DNA of 64,000 bases from an uncultured archaeon (GCA_963817525.1 CAWFOU010000007.1:896001-960000), one strand, 5' to 3'; shown: positions 30,180 through 40,577, counted from the first letter of the stretch. The notes: a model not told the origin generated them from the letters alone. Numbers and translations are program-made.

Positions 30180-30950
30180 TTGAAGCATCCCAGGTCGCTC
30201 GGGATCTCCTCGCCCGACGGACGAGAGATCTACGAGCTCTACATCTCGGTCCAGTCCAAACCCTCGGTCCTCGCGCGCATAGCCTCGATCTTGGGAGAGA
30301 ATAACGTCGACATCCTCGGCGGGAACATCCAGAGCTCCGACGACAAGCGGACCGGGTACGACGTCTTCTACCTCGAGATGGCCGACGCCACCATCACCCC
30401 GCAGGAGCTCGTCGAGAGCCTGAAGAGGCTGGACTTTGTCCAGGACGCGCAGATCGAGCCCAGGTCGAAGGTGAGGTTCGAGACCATGATGTTCCCGCTC
30501 ACGCGCTCCGGCCACACCCGGGTCTTCGTCCTCTCGAGCAACGGCTGGTTCGCCCTGGTCAACTCGATACTCACCACCTTCGGGACCGCGGGCGGCGTGA
30601 TCCTCCACAACCAGGGCGTCTCCGTGGGCGCAGAGATAGTCGAGAGCATCAAGGCGCTCTTCCGCACCCCAGCGGGGAGCGACCTCGAGATGGAGAACTT
30701 GAAGGCGTACTTCGCCGCCGTTGGCCTCGGGACCCTCCAGATTGCCGGCGACAGGAAGGGGATCAAGGCGAAGATCGAGCAGCCGGTGACCTCCGGCCAG
30801 AAGATCCCCGTGGTCGACCAGTTCCTCGTGGGGGTCGTCCGGGGGGCCGTGAACAAGATCTACTCGGAGGACTACGTGGTGAAGAACCTCACCTTCAGGG
30901 ACGAGACGATAGCCTTCGACCTGGTAAAGGATCTCGGCGCGAAGGGCTGA
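30180..30950 (+). CDS. ACT domain protein with C-terminal V4R-like ligand-binding fold
   Basis: KPSVLARIASILGENNVDI (ACT); GGVILHNQG..GLGTL..FLVGVVRGAV resembles V4R without the Cys ligands. Confidence 0.7.
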   Translation: MKHPRSLGISSPDGREIYELYISVQSKPSVLARIASILGENNVDILGGNIQSSDDKRTGYDVFYLEMADATITPQELVESLKRLDFVQDAQIEPRSKVRFETMMFPLTRSGHTRVFVLSSNGWFALVNSILTTFGTAGGVILHNQGVSVGAEIVESIKALFRTPAGSDLEMENLKAYFAAVGLGTLQIAGDRKGIKAKIEQPVTSGQKIPVVDQFLVGVVRGAVNKIYSEDYVVKNLTFRDETIAFDLVKDLGAKG

Positions 30951-31006
30951 GCGCCCGCTGCTCAGGGGCTAATCTTATCCGTCGGGCGGCTCTCGCGCCC
31001 CCGCCG

Positions 31007-31231
31007 ATGACGACCTGCCGGCTCTGCAAGAGGGACTGCGTTCCCTCCTCGACCCTCTGCAAGTATCATCTCGCGGCCAAACGGAACGTCGAGTCGGAGT
31101 ACAAAAGTTGGAGCCAGGCTTATGGCGCCATAACGTGGCGGGACTATCTGCAAAGGCTGCAGCAGAGTGCCGAAACGGGGCAATGGGCCAAGGAAGTGGC
31201 GGAGATGCTGTCGAGCGACTCGGCACGCTAA
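31007..31231 (+). CDS. Small Zn-binding hypothetical protein
   Basis: CRLC...LCKYH. Confidence 0.65.
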   Translation: MTTCRLCKRDCVPSSTLCKYHLAAKRNVESEYKSWSQAYGAITWRDYLQRLQQSAETGQWAKEVAEMLSSDSAR

Positions 31232-31274
31232 TGCGTCCAGCAGCCTTGCTCTCTATTTACGCCATTCAGGCCTG

Positions 31275-31640
31275 TCATCCCTCCATGAGGTACTTGAACA
31301 AGAAGCCGGCACCTGCGAGCATCGCTATTAGCACTCCGATGAAAATCGGGACGAACAGCGAGATGCGCAGCGCAGCAGCAATCCCGGAAATCACGAGGAA
31401 AACGGCGAAGACCCCGAATATCGGGAGCCGGGCGCTCTTGAACTCGCCGTCGGCGTGGAGGTAGGCGAGAGACACCCTTCCTTTCGGCCGAGTCATCTCT
31501 TCGTCGTGTCCGGCGTGAAGGTGCGAACCTGCCTCCGGCTCTACCTCTTCGTGCATGTGCAGGTGGTTTGAGAGCGCCTGGGCGTCGTCAAAGACGGCCC
31601 CGCACCTGGAGCACCTATATCCGCTGACTTGCTCGCTCAT
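31275..31640 (-). CDS. C2H2 zinc-finger protein with two TM helices
   Basis: YRCSRCGAVF....LSNHLHMH; hydrophobic C-terminus. Confidence 0.75.
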   Translation of the reverse strand: MSEQVSGYRCSRCGAVFDDAQALSNHLHMHEEVEPEAGSHLHAGHDEEMTRPKGRVSLAYLHADGEFKSARLPIFGVFAVFLVISGIAAALRISLFVPIFIGVLIAMLAGAGFLFKYLMEG

Positions 31641-31843
31641 GGGCCTTCAGGACTCTGTTTCCCGTCGACTCTTATTGGGTGGCCGCACATGGTTATGTAG
31701 TTCGGCCATCTCCTGGGACAATCAGGCAGACTAGGAAGGCGTCCTAGCCTCGCAAAACGTCGGGGCAACGTCCTCCACGTCCATGGCTTCTCGCCCTCTC
31801 TCTCTCGACGTGGGACTTGAGGGCTGCCCCGGACCTTCCTTCG

Positions 31844-32356
31844 TCAGGCGTCCCAGAGGTCTGTGAAGCGGTCGGTCGCAATGTCGAGCAGGTTCCTCTC
31901 GAAGGCGGCGAGGAGCTCGAGGGTCTGCTCCCTCCCCTGGATCCCGTAGGCGGCGTGCCCGTCCACGGCGACGTGGCGCCTCACCAGCCCGGCCTTGCTC
32001 AGCAGCGCCGTGCACTCGCTCACGGTGCTCCTCGGCAGCCTGACCAGCTCGCAGAGGTCCCCGTTCCTCAGCTCCCCCTCGCCGCGCGCCAGCGCCCTGA
32101 GGACCTTGCGCGCCGTCTCGCTCTGCAGGACAGCGTAGGCCGCCTTGGAGCCGTCCGCCGTGCCCGCGGGGTAGAGCCTCTGGTATCGGCCCTCCTTCGA
32201 GCAGACTATCTCGCCGTCCTTGGCGAGCCCCTTGACGTGGTATCGAGCGGTGCTGAAGGAGGTCCCCAACAGCTTCTGGAGCCTCCGCAGGTGGATGCCG
32301 GGGGAGAGCGAGACTATCATCTTGGCCCTCGCTCTGTTGGAGTTCTGGAGGCTCAA
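31844..32356 (-). CDS. Double winged-helix (ArsR-like) transcriptional regulator
   Basis: PGIHLRRLQKLLGTSFSTARYHV and a second HTH LPRSTVSEC; the TTG start overlaps the stop of the upstream gene. Confidence 0.75.
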   Translation of the reverse strand: MSLQNSNRARAKMIVSLSPGIHLRRLQKLLGTSFSTARYHVKGLAKDGEIVCSKEGRYQRLYPAGTADGSKAAYAVLQSETARKVLRALARGEGELRNGDLCELVRLPRSTVSECTALLSKAGLVRRHVAVDGHAAYGIQGREQTLELLAAFERNLLDIATDRFTDLWDA

Positions 32357-33120
32357 GGCGTCTGGGCCCCTCCCGAGCCCGGCCCGCTCGCCGCCACGTT
32401 CACCTCGCCGCCCTGCAGGTAGACGTGGATGGGAGAGAGCACTGAGCAGTAGATGGTGAACGTGCCCACCACGTCGGCCACGAAGCTCACAGTGATGGCC
32501 TGTCCGGGGCTGATCGACTCGATTTTGCTGTCGAAGTAGTGCGCGACCTGGAAGCCCAGGGGCTCCCCGTAGGTGTTGCAGACCGTGATTGCCACGTCCG
32601 ACCCGTTGGTGACGTCGAGGATCGGCCAAGGCTTGACGGGGGCGCCGTGGACGACGCTATCGTTGTACCCCATGGAGCTCCCAACTATCAGGAACCCGCC
32701 CGCGGGCCTCACGCACCCCGAAGGGAGCGCCGGGCCGCCGCCCGAGCTTGAGACGTACGCGGTCGAGGCGAGCAGCGCGATTGCCACGAAGGCCGCCAGC
32801 GAGCCCAGGCCCACGCGCCTCCTCGCCCCCGATGACCAAAGCATGGCGACCAGGAAGCTGACGCCCATCAGCAGCTCGAGCGAGGGGATTAGGTACATGT
32901 CCATCAGCTGGACGGCGGCCGCTCCCGCACCCGCGAAGAGCTCGAGGGCCGTCGTGCTGGCCGAGCCGACGCAGAGGAAGATGAACGCTAGCATGAGCAG
33001 CAGGTATCGCCCGTCTCGCCTCCTCTTGTAGGCGCTCACCGAGACCACCATAAGGGCGGCAGATATCCCGGTCAGGGCTAACTGCACAGCGTCGTCGTAG
33101 TATGAAGCGACCGGGAACAA
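32353..33120 (-). CDS. Membrane protein with C-terminal cupredoxin-like domain
   Basis: About four TM segments, then V.ITVCN..GFQV...ISPGQ..VSF.AD..GTFTIYCSVLSPIH..LQG. Confidence 0.7.
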   Translation of the reverse strand: MFPVASYYDDAVQLALTGISAALMVVSVSAYKRRRDGRYLLLMLAFIFLCVGSASTTALELFAGAGAAAVQLMDMYLIPSLELLMGVSFLVAMLWSSGARRRVGLGSLAAFVAIALLASTAYVSSSGGGPALPSGCVRPAGGFLIVGSSMGYNDSVVHGAPVKPWPILDVTNGSDVAITVCNTYGEPLGFQVAHYFDSKIESISPGQAITVSFVADVVGTFTIYCSVLSPIHVYLQGGEVNVAASGPGSGGAQTP

Positions 33121-33174
33121 CGACAGGAAACCCGGAGGGCTCGATTTAAGGCGTGCGCGATTTCGGCGTTTGAG

Positions 33175-33714
33175 CTACGGGATGAGGACTGCCGCCGCGA
33201 CTACCGACGTCCACAGGCCTTTCTTGTCGCCCTCCGCGGACTGCGCCACGTTGGACGTCCTGATGATGAGCCCGCTCCCCTTGAAGAGCTGCTCCCTCTC
33301 CTCCCAGGCCGTCGCTGGGTCGAAAGTGATCCCCATCGTGGTCGCGAGCATAGTCGCCGCCAGGTCCTCTGCGTAGTCCCCCGCGGCCTCCTCGGTCTGA
33401 CCGTATGCGTGGTGCTCGGAGATGTAGCCGTAGGTCCTCGTGGATGGGATAGCCAAGCCCACCGACGCTGCGATGAGCCTGTTGGGCTCCCTTGTGGAGT
33501 TCCTCGCCATCATGACGAAAGTCACCTCGCCGGGCGTCAGCATCTTCCTCCCCTTCTCCTTCGGGATGACTTTGCAGCCGGCCGGGACGATGCTCGAGAC
33601 CTGGACGAGGTTGCAGTGCTGTATACCTGCGTCCCTGAGAGCGAGCTCGAAAGACTGGAGCTTTTCTTTGTGTTTGCCTACACCGTTGGTCAGGAAGAGG
33701 CGCCTCGGAATCAA
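33175..33714 (-). CDS. pdaD: Pyruvoyl-dependent arginine decarboxylase
   Basis: [22 protein letters not shown] (SS cleavage site), GYISEHH and [13 protein letters not shown]. Confidence 0.92.
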   Translation of the reverse strand: MIPRRLFLTNGVGKHKEKLQSFELALRDAGIQHCNLVQVSSIVPAGCKVIPKEKGRKMLTPGEVTFVMMARNSTREPNRLIAASVGLAIPSTRTYGYISEHHAYGQTEEAAGDYAEDLAATMLATTMGITFDPATAWEEREQLFKGSGLIIRTSNVAQSAEGDKKGLWTSVVAAAVLIP

Positions 33715-33871
33715 TGCGCGGGGTGCGCGCCCGTTGATTGACTATTGAATCTTTTCGGTGGTGTCACTAGCGGCCGACTCGCCTATCGCAGAGCCTGCCC
33801 GGGGTTCGAAGCGTCAAGTTCCTCTAGTGCAATCCACTTCGGGGCATATTAACCGCGGTCGACACTAGATC

Positions 33872-34303
33872 TTGATATCAATGGAAAACGCACCCGACGA
33901 CCTACAGCGAATACTTGGACCCAACGAGCGAGTCGAGCTCTACATATGGCGGAAGATCTACCACCCGAAGATAAACGTCGACTCTGTGATAATAACGAAC
34001 GAGCGCATCATCCTGCGGCATCCCCACGCGCTCGGCTTGAAGAAGGATTACACCGACTTCAACTACAAGGACATCGCGAACGCGGTCCTCGAGACGGGGG
34101 TCCTTCGTTCCACCATCAAGTGCACGCTCAGGCTCGGAGGGGAACCTCTCACTCTCGGCGACCTCCCCAACTCGGAGGCGGAGAAAGCATACGGGATAAT
34201 CAGGCAGAACTCGGCCGCCGGCCAGGCTCCTCAGCCTGCCGTAGTTACCGTGGCCGCCCCCGCCGCGGTCACCCCTCCGATGAGCGACTTGACCGCCAAG
34301 TAG
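33872..34303 (+). CDS. Bacterial-type PH domain protein
   Basis: LGPNERV, DSVIITNERIIL and YTDFNYKDI. Confidence 0.75.
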   Translation: MISMENAPDDLQRILGPNERVELYIWRKIYHPKINVDSVIITNERIILRHPHALGLKKDYTDFNYKDIANAVLETGVLRSTIKCTLRLGGEPLTLGDLPNSEAEKAYGIIRQNSAAGQAPQPAVVTVAAPAAVTPPMSDLTAK

Positions 34304-34548
34304 CCTTTGGTTCTGGCGTGCACAAGATGGACGTCGAATCCGCGCGCTGGCAGAGTGACCACTCGGTTGGGCCCGCGGATGCGGTTGGAGAGACACGGCA
34401 GGACGCAGAGGCAGGCTCGGGGAGTGACGCCCGCCGGCGCTCCCCAAACTGCGACCTTCAGCGAAATAGTTGCAATTCCTTCACTGCATATCGAACCACT
34501 GGTGCAATGAATCTACAACCACGTAAGCAGACATCTCATTAGAGGAGC

Positions 34549-34674
34549 ATGTCAATAAGTAAGTTTCTGAGGACGAAAAGGAGCGGTGACGGCGGGGACA
34601 TGATCGTTTTCGCGGTCATCGTTGTCGGGGTCCTCGCGTTCTTCGGGTTCATAACGCTGAACTTCCACATCTAG
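34549..34674 (+). CDS. 41-aa single-TM peptide (not in ORF track)
   Basis: AGGAG before the ATG; MSISKFLRTKRSGDGGDMIVFAVIVVGVLAFFGFITLNFHI. Confidence 0.5.
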   Translation: MSISKFLRTKRSGDGGDMIVFAVIVVGVLAFFGFITLNFHI

Positions 34675-34686
34675 AGCAGAAAAACA

Positions 34687-34866
34687 ATGGATCTATTCTG
34701 GACGGTAGCCGCAGTCCTGGTGGTCCTGTGGTTCTTCGGGCTAATAGGCGGCATCGGGGGAGAGCTAATCAACCTCCTGGTGGTCGTCGCCATAGTCGTG
34801 GTGGCCTACAGGCTGTATCAGGGCAGAAACCCCGTCACTGGAAAGTCCGAGACGCACCCGGTCTAA
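34687..34866 (+). CDS. lmo0937/DUF5670-like small membrane protein (not in ORF track)
   Basis: MDLFWTVAAVLVVLWFFGLIGGIGGELINLLVVVAIVVVAYRLYQGR. Confidence 0.8.
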   Translation: MDLFWTVAAVLVVLWFFGLIGGIGGELINLLVVVAIVVVAYRLYQGRNPVTGKSETHPV

Positions 34867-35090
34867 AGGCCGGCACACGGCGCGAAGCGTGGGTGCCCTA
34901 CGCTTTTCCTTCGGCCTTGGGTCTTCCCCCTCCAGTGGTGTCGTTTCTCCTGAGCAGATTTCTGACCATCTCCCTTCTCCGCCAATCTGTAGACCTCGAA
35001 CGAAGCGCGGAGCGGGTGATTCCAAACATGAACCTCCCGCCTCGGTGGCAATGAAGTGCGGCGGAGGAGCCGCTCTAGACGTTTGTCCGG

Positions 35091-36683
35091 TCATTTAGTC
35101 CGGCGCGCTTGCCAGACATACCTGATCGAGATGTAGTACACGGGCGGATAGGTGACCAGCGCTCCTGCAATCGTGCCCAAGAGCGGCGAGACCGCGAGAG
35201 TCGCCAGGAGGACGAGCTGAACCACTACTATGCCTATGTTCCCAATCCCGCTCACGGCCTGAAATTTCAGAAATCTCTTGAACCTGCTCGCACCTTCCCC
35301 CTTCGCAGCCTTCGGCATGCGCACCGTGATCCGTTCGTTGACCAGGAAGGACGCCGAGACACCGATGATGAGCGCAAGGGCGTCCAGCCCCAGGAGCTCC
35401 GGCGATGCAAAGCTAGCGTGCGGAAGACTCAGCTTCCCGAAGAAGACCAGGAGGCCGAGGGTCAGGGCGACCTCTGTGACCCCAAAGCCCACCCCGCCCG
35501 CAATCGCGAACCTCAGCCTCTTTACGACGCCATACTTCGTCTCAAGCCTCCCGACCCCCCTCTGAACATCAGCCACAGTATGGCTGGGTTTCTTGGTCGC
35601 AGGCACGACCGAACCCGTCTTCGAAGACGTCGTGCTAGAGCCCCCGGTGGCCTTGCGGACGAAGAAGATGAAGACTACGCCGGTTATCGCCAGAAGGACC
35701 TGATAAGTGGCGATTCGCCACAGCACGACTGGCGCCCAAGCGGAGAACTTGTAGACGGTGGTGAGGTAGGACTTCATCGTCAGCTCGGTAATCCCGGCGC
35801 CGCCGATCGACACCGGGATCTGGGCTATGGCCACAACGCCGTAGGCCGCCAGGGTCGAGGAGACCAGGTCGATCTTCAGGCCTGAGGCGTTCAAGATGAT
35901 CCAGAGAGCCGCACCGACCAAGAAGTCCTCGACGATCGTCAGGCCGACCGCCTGGACCACGACGGGTAGGTTCTTCCTCCTCGCAATCTCGCGGGCTGAG
36001 AGCGAAAAATTCAGGGAGCTGACGACGGCTTGGACATAGAGGTCGTCTGCTCTCGGCCCCCCCACAAGATAGCGTGAAAATGTGAAGACAAAGTGGGGAA
36101 CGTGGATGCCTTTCACGGCTGGGATTATGAAAATGACGGTGTACCCTACTATCAAGACCGTCGCGACCAGGAATATGGTCGACCCGAGGGCCACCGCTCC
36201 TCTCGAGATAGCGTAGACCGCGGCGATGAGAGCGAAGCCGGCTCCGACGTAAATCTCGATCAGCACCTGGAAATAGCAGATTGCGAGAGCTTTCGCCCCG
36301 TCTATCCCCTTCCCCTTCAGCCAAGCCGTGAGTATGAAGAGGCCCATGCTCGTCGCAGGTGTCGAGAGAGAGACGAACTCGCTGGCAACCCTGGTGAGCG
36401 CCAGCCCCCTGATATCGGGTTTGGGGTCCCCCGCGAGGCCGAGAGTGACAATACGAAACCTCAGAACCTGCACAAGCAGCTTGGACCCGCACACACCGGC
36501 GGCGAGGGCGAACGTCAGATAGCCCAGTCTGGTAAGGTCCGAGAACTTCACCCCCGAGAGTATCGAGATGGCGATGACGACCGCCGAGGTGAGGAGCAGC
36601 CCCAGCGCGACCCATTTCATCACCGACTTTGGGAGCTGATACTCGCTGGTCGGTTTCTCGTCTCCCAAGGAAACCAAGACCAT
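35091..36683 (-). CDS. Flippase-like (UPF0104/LPG synthase TM) domain fused to GtrA-like domain
   Basis: STPA..G, PVSIGGAGITE and LWRIATY; the C-terminal RFAIAGGVG..SFLVNERIT..RFLKFQ..YYISIRYVW is GtrA-like. Confidence 0.8.
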   Translation of the reverse strand: MVLVSLGDEKPTSEYQLPKSVMKWVALGLLLTSAVVIAISILSGVKFSDLTRLGYLTFALAAGVCGSKLLVQVLRFRIVTLGLAGDPKPDIRGLALTRVASEFVSLSTPATSMGLFILTAWLKGKGIDGAKALAICYFQVLIEIYVGAGFALIAAVYAISRGAVALGSTIFLVATVLIVGYTVIFIIPAVKGIHVPHFVFTFSRYLVGGPRADDLYVQAVVSSLNFSLSAREIARRKNLPVVVQAVGLTIVEDFLVGAALWIILNASGLKIDLVSSTLAAYGVVAIAQIPVSIGGAGITELTMKSYLTTVYKFSAWAPVVLWRIATYQVLLAITGVVFIFFVRKATGGSSTTSSKTGSVVPATKKPSHTVADVQRGVGRLETKYGVVKRLRFAIAGGVGFGVTEVALTLGLLVFFGKLSLPHASFASPELLGLDALALIIGVSASFLVNERITVRMPKAAKGEGASRFKRFLKFQAVSGIGNIGIVVVQLVLLATLAVSPLLGTIAGALVTYPPVYYISIRYVWQARRTK

Positions 36684-36713
36684 TCACGGATAGCGAAGGA
36701 TGCGGAACCCGGA

Positions 36714-38147
36714 TCACACCAGTTGAGTCAGTGAGGGCGACGTAGGGTCCTCGAGGTGCTGAAGCGCGTAGATCCCGGTGTGAGGCTTCACGCCGAACAT
36801 AAGGACCGTGCCGTCCTTCACGAACATCTTGGCGTAGCTGGAGCTTATCGAGAGGATGCGCGACCTGATGGGCGAGTCCTTTGCCAAGAAGAGGATGTGC
36901 GCGTCGTGCGACTGCTGGAGGGTGATTATCTCCTGCGAAGTCACCTCGAGGAGGGAATCCAGGTCGGAGGCGAACAGGTTCTCGAGAGCGCTGACGGACT
37001 TCACCAGGAGCACTTTCTTGTCGACCGACTTCTTGCGCAGTCGCGTCGTCTCATTGGTGACCTCTTCGTGGATCTCCCCCGGCGTTGCAATCTTCGGGAG
37101 GTTCGTGGTCTTGAGGTCGCTGGTCCTCAGTATGTTCAGGGTGCTCAGCCGCTCCCTCACGGCCCGTTCGCCGGCGCCCTTCGCCAGGATTGAGCTGGTC
37201 TCCTCGTCGTTCGCACCTGGTAGCGGGAGAAGGATAGCGCTCCTTCCCATCGACAGGAAGTTGATGATCGGAGGCAGCCCTATCGCCCTCAGCGCGGTGT
37301 AGGGGACGTTCTCATCGTACTCGATGGCCAGAGTGCTCCCCGGGACTATGCCTCCAAACAGCCTATCCAGTGCCCTGCTCCCAAGAGAATAGGCCCCATC
37401 GATGTCCGGCCTCTGGGCGAACTTGCTCATCTTCGAGTAGTCGGGAGGAGTATAGGGTCCGAAGAAGGTGAATTTTCCCTCCAGGAGCGAGAAGATGTAC
37501 TTGTGCTGGGGTATTATCGTCCCGCGCAGTTTGTGTATGACGAACTCTCGCACGGTGCGGTCTTGTACGTCGACGCTCACCACCTCGACGATCCCGTCGA
37601 CAAGGTAGTCTATCGTCGTCGCACCGGGCTCCTCGCTCACGAAGATGAATTGGGCGCCGGAATTGTTCGCGAGCGCCATCAGGGTCTTCTCCGCGCGCAG
37701 CCTCTCTTTCTGCTCGAGCTCCTTCGCGAGGCCATCCCAGCTGTCGAAGACGATGGTCTTGACCCTATTGGGCTCGGTCAGTTGCATGACGAAGTCCAGC
37801 ACCGATGTCGCGTCCTCGAGCCTGATGTCCAGGAACTCCTGACCCTCTATGGTCTCCTTCATGGCGGGTATGTGCGTCTCAAGGAGCCCTTTCGGAACTC
37901 TTGAGGAGATGTACGCACCTTTTCCCTGACCCGCGGCCTTGAGGATCTCGAGCGCAACGGTCGTCTTGCCCGTGCCCGCGAGCCCTTTGATGAGCAGGGT
38001 GTTGATGGGGCCCTGCATGAACTGTTTCAGGCCGAGCACCGTAGAGATTCTCGTCTCTGCCAGGTCCGACAGCGCGAAGCCACCCGTCTCGGTTTGGCTG
38101 TCCGCGAGGACGAGAGGCCGCGTCCGTCGCCCTTTTCTGGCCGTCAA
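36714..38147 (-). CDS. GvpD/KaiC-like ATPase (active N-domain, degenerate C-domain)
   Basis: GLAGTGKT, VFDSWD, DYLVDGIV and KLRGT; the second domain lacks Walker A. Confidence 0.85.
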   Translation of the reverse strand: MTARKGRRTRPLVLADSQTETGGFALSDLAETRISTVLGLKQFMQGPINTLLIKGLAGTGKTTVALEILKAAGQGKGAYISSRVPKGLLETHIPAMKETIEGQEFLDIRLEDATSVLDFVMQLTEPNRVKTIVFDSWDGLAKELEQKERLRAEKTLMALANNSGAQFIFVSEEPGATTIDYLVDGIVEVVSVDVQDRTVREFVIHKLRGTIIPQHKYIFSLLEGKFTFFGPYTPPDYSKMSKFAQRPDIDGAYSLGSRALDRLFGGIVPGSTLAIEYDENVPYTALRAIGLPPIINFLSMGRSAILLPLPGANDEETSSILAKGAGERAVRERLSTLNILRTSDLKTTNLPKIATPGEIHEEVTNETTRLRKKSVDKKVLLVKSVSALENLFASDLDSLLEVTSQEIITLQQSHDAHILFLAKDSPIRSRILSISSSYAKMFVKDGTVLMFGVKPHTGIYALQHLEDPTSPSLTQLV

Positions 38148-38449
38148 GCCTTCGCGCCCTTCTCAACCGCGCGCATGACCGTGTCGAAATCGAAGACCCC
38201 TTCAATGCTCAGTAGGTCTAGCGACCACTGGAGCCTTGTCGCGAGATCCCTCACTATGGCCCGTTCGAGCGATGTCGTTCCTTGCGGGCCGAAGAGCGCG
38301 AGCAGCCTCTTGTGGAACTCGCCCGGCTGGGGAAGACCACGCGCCATCTTCATGTGAACCAGGACCGCGGCCGTCCCGCTCTGGCCCAGAACCTTGTCCA
38401 AGCCACCGTGCACCGCGTTGTTGAACGAAGTGGCGAAGTCATCACTCAT
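38144..38449 (-). CDS. Small helical KaiC-associated protein (DUF3227-like)
   Basis: LDKVLGQSG..V..H...PGEFHKRLLALFG..G...LERAIV; its stop overlaps the ATPase start. Confidence 0.65.
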   Translation of the reverse strand: MSDDFATSFNNAVHGGLDKVLGQSGTAAVLVHMKMARGLPQPGEFHKRLLALFGPQGTTSLERAIVRDLATRLQWSLDLLSIEGVFDFDTVMRAVEKGAKA

Positions 38450-38509
38450 TTACGCCCCAGTTTGTCCGGGAACTTTAAAAATGAATCCGATATCTGAACT
38501 AATGTTTCG

Positions 38510-39643
38510 TCAAGATTGCGGAGTCTCAACGTCGAGACCACCCGGAGCAGAGAGACGTCCTTCGGAAGTTTCGCGAGGAGGCTCTTTGGGCTCTACGGAG
38601 CTCGCCTTCGTGGCCCCCGTCGCCTTTCGCGTGAATTGCAAAAACGCGACTCCAGACACCGCCAAAACGACCTGGAAAGAAGCGATCCTCCAGAGAACGA
38701 TTGCCGTCCAGGAGGAGAATCCGTAGACAGACAGCAGGTAAGCCGCCATCGTAAGCTCCGTGATTCCAGAGCCCCCGATTGAGACCGGGAGGGCAGCGAT
38801 CGTCAGGACTCCGAACGCCGCGATGGTGGATGAGAATATGTCAATGTGCAAGCCCGCTGCGTTCAGGACCAGCCAGAGGGCGGTCCCCTCCAAGAAGTCC
38901 TCGAGGATGGTCAGCCCCACTGCCTTGACCACCACCGGGAGGGTCCGTCTGTTCATTATCGCCCTCGCCGCAAGTGAAAAGTTCAGGGAGCCTACGACGG
39001 CGCGGACATACAGAGCTCTCGCTCTCGGCGCACCCAACAGGAGGGACGCTAGGCTGAAGACGCGGTGCGGGACCTTGAGAGACTTGAGAGCCGGGACTAC
39101 GAAGACGAGGGTGTACCCGATGACCAGGACCGTCGCGATTACAGCGATTGTCGACCCGATGACCACCGCCCCCCTCGACAACGCATACGCCGCTGCGATG
39201 AGCCCAAAGCCGGCCCCGACGTATACCTCGATGAGCACTTCGAAGTAGCCGATCCAGAGCGACTTGCCGCCTTCCACCCCCTTTCCAGAGAGCCACGCCG
39301 CACGCAGGACTGGGCCGCCGACCTCCGACGGGGTCGACATCGCTATGAACTCGCTGCTCATCCTAGCGATCGCCACCCCTCTAAGGTCTGGTTTCGGGTC
39401 GTCAGCCAACCCTGAAGCTATCACCCTGAACCTCAAGGTCTGGACCAGCAGCCTCGCCACGGACGCCGCGGCGGCCAGGCCGAAGGGAAGGTAGCCGAGC
39501 CGCTCAAGGTCAGACCAGCTCACACCCGAGAATATGGTGATGGCGATGACGACGGCGGAGCTCAGCGCCACGCCGACGGCGACCCACCTCAGGACCGACT
39601 TGGACGGCCTGTAGTCCGCAGCCGGCGCCTCGGTCTCCTTCAT
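38510..39643 (-). CDS. Flippase-like (UPF0104) membrane protein, paralogue of 35091-36683
   Basis: STPSEVGG, PVSIGGSGITE and LWRIASF. Confidence 0.82.
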   Translation of the reverse strand: MKETEAPAADYRPSKSVLRWVAVGVALSSAVVIAITIFSGVSWSDLERLGYLPFGLAAAASVARLLVQTLRFRVIASGLADDPKPDLRGVAIARMSSEFIAMSTPSEVGGPVLRAAWLSGKGVEGGKSLWIGYFEVLIEVYVGAGFGLIAAAYALSRGAVVIGSTIAVIATVLVIGYTLVFVVPALKSLKVPHRVFSLASLLLGAPRARALYVRAVVGSLNFSLAARAIMNRRTLPVVVKAVGLTILEDFLEGTALWLVLNAAGLHIDIFSSTIAAFGVLTIAALPVSIGGSGITELTMAAYLLSVYGFSSWTAIVLWRIASFQVVLAVSGVAFLQFTRKATGATKASSVEPKEPPRETSEGRLSAPGGLDVETPQS

Positions 39644-40082
39644 TATTCCAGCCCAGGCCCTTACTCTGGACTATTCCGAGGCATAACTTACCCGAGCGAC
39701 TTCCTGGTCTGCTCTTTCCACTCCGTCAATTTCCAATTCCCGCGATGGTCGGAGACCATCTCTGCCTTCCTTGAGATCGGCTACCAGCCAGCGCAGGTCC
39801 TCGGCGTCCGAAGACTTCCTCGAGCACCCCAGTGTTCCGTCTCGTGCATGGACAAGTTGACCTCGAAGAGGAGGAGAGGACGGCGCCAAACCACTCTGCG
39901 CTTGTCCTTGTTCATGTCCGCACCTATTCTTCGGCCGCCTTCTATAACCTCGAGCAAGCTAGAGCTAGTGAAATGTTATCATTCATGGCGACGACAGCTA
40001 TGCGCGCGAAGCGAGCCAGGTTCTCACGTCGAGGGTACTCCGCCTGTGTTATGGCGATAGCCGCGCGTGAGACGCATCTAGG

Positions 40083-40577
40083 TCACATCCTGTCTATGAT
40101 GCCGGAGGGGATCGATTTTTTCGAGCCGACGACCTCTACGATCTCGCTCCATATCACATCCTTCACATTAGGCATGGCCTTCACCAGTTCGAGTAGCCCG
40201 AGCAGCTCCGAGTTGTCTTTGATTATAACCTCCGCCCTCAGGTCGATGGTATGCTCCCCGATCGACCTGCCTACCGAAACCACCTCGTCGCGCTTCAGCA
40301 GCTCGCGCGCTATCGGGAGGGTCGCGCCGCCTCCGGTGTAGATCAGGAGGTCGACTCGCCTGAACCCGAGGCTGTCGAGATTGAGAGAGTATGTGAGAGT
40401 GAGGTAGTTCTTCTCCAAGTAGTCGCGCCTTCGCTGGATGGTGCTGCGCGGGACCCCGAGCTCCTGCTCCAAGACACGGCTGGAGACCTTCCCTATGGGC
40501 TCGAGTAGAAGTTTCAGTATCTTCTTGTCTACTTCAGAAAAGGAGTGCGGCGTTGCCATGTCTTCATTCCTGGCCAA
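40083..40577 (-). CDS. Lrp/AsnC family regulator
   Basis: VDKKILKLLL..LGVPRSTIQRRR HTH plus RAM-type C-domain. Confidence 0.85.
   Translation of the reverse strand: MARNEDMATPHSFSEVDKKILKLLLEPIGKVSSRVLEQELGVPRSTIQRRRDYLEKNYLTLTYSLNLDSLGFRRVDLLIYTGGGATLPIARELLKRDEVVSVGRSIGEHTIDLRAEVIIKDNSELLGLLELVKAMPNVKDVIWSEIVEVVGSKKSIPSGIIDRM

Noticed and set aside
36714-38147. Gas vesicle cluster
   Set aside because: Only the GvpD-like ATPase is present; there are no gvpA or other gvp genes.
39671-39915. Degenerate C2H2 finger gene (LSMHETEH on the minus strand)
   Set aside because: It has no intact CxxC and would need several frameshifts; too weak to call.
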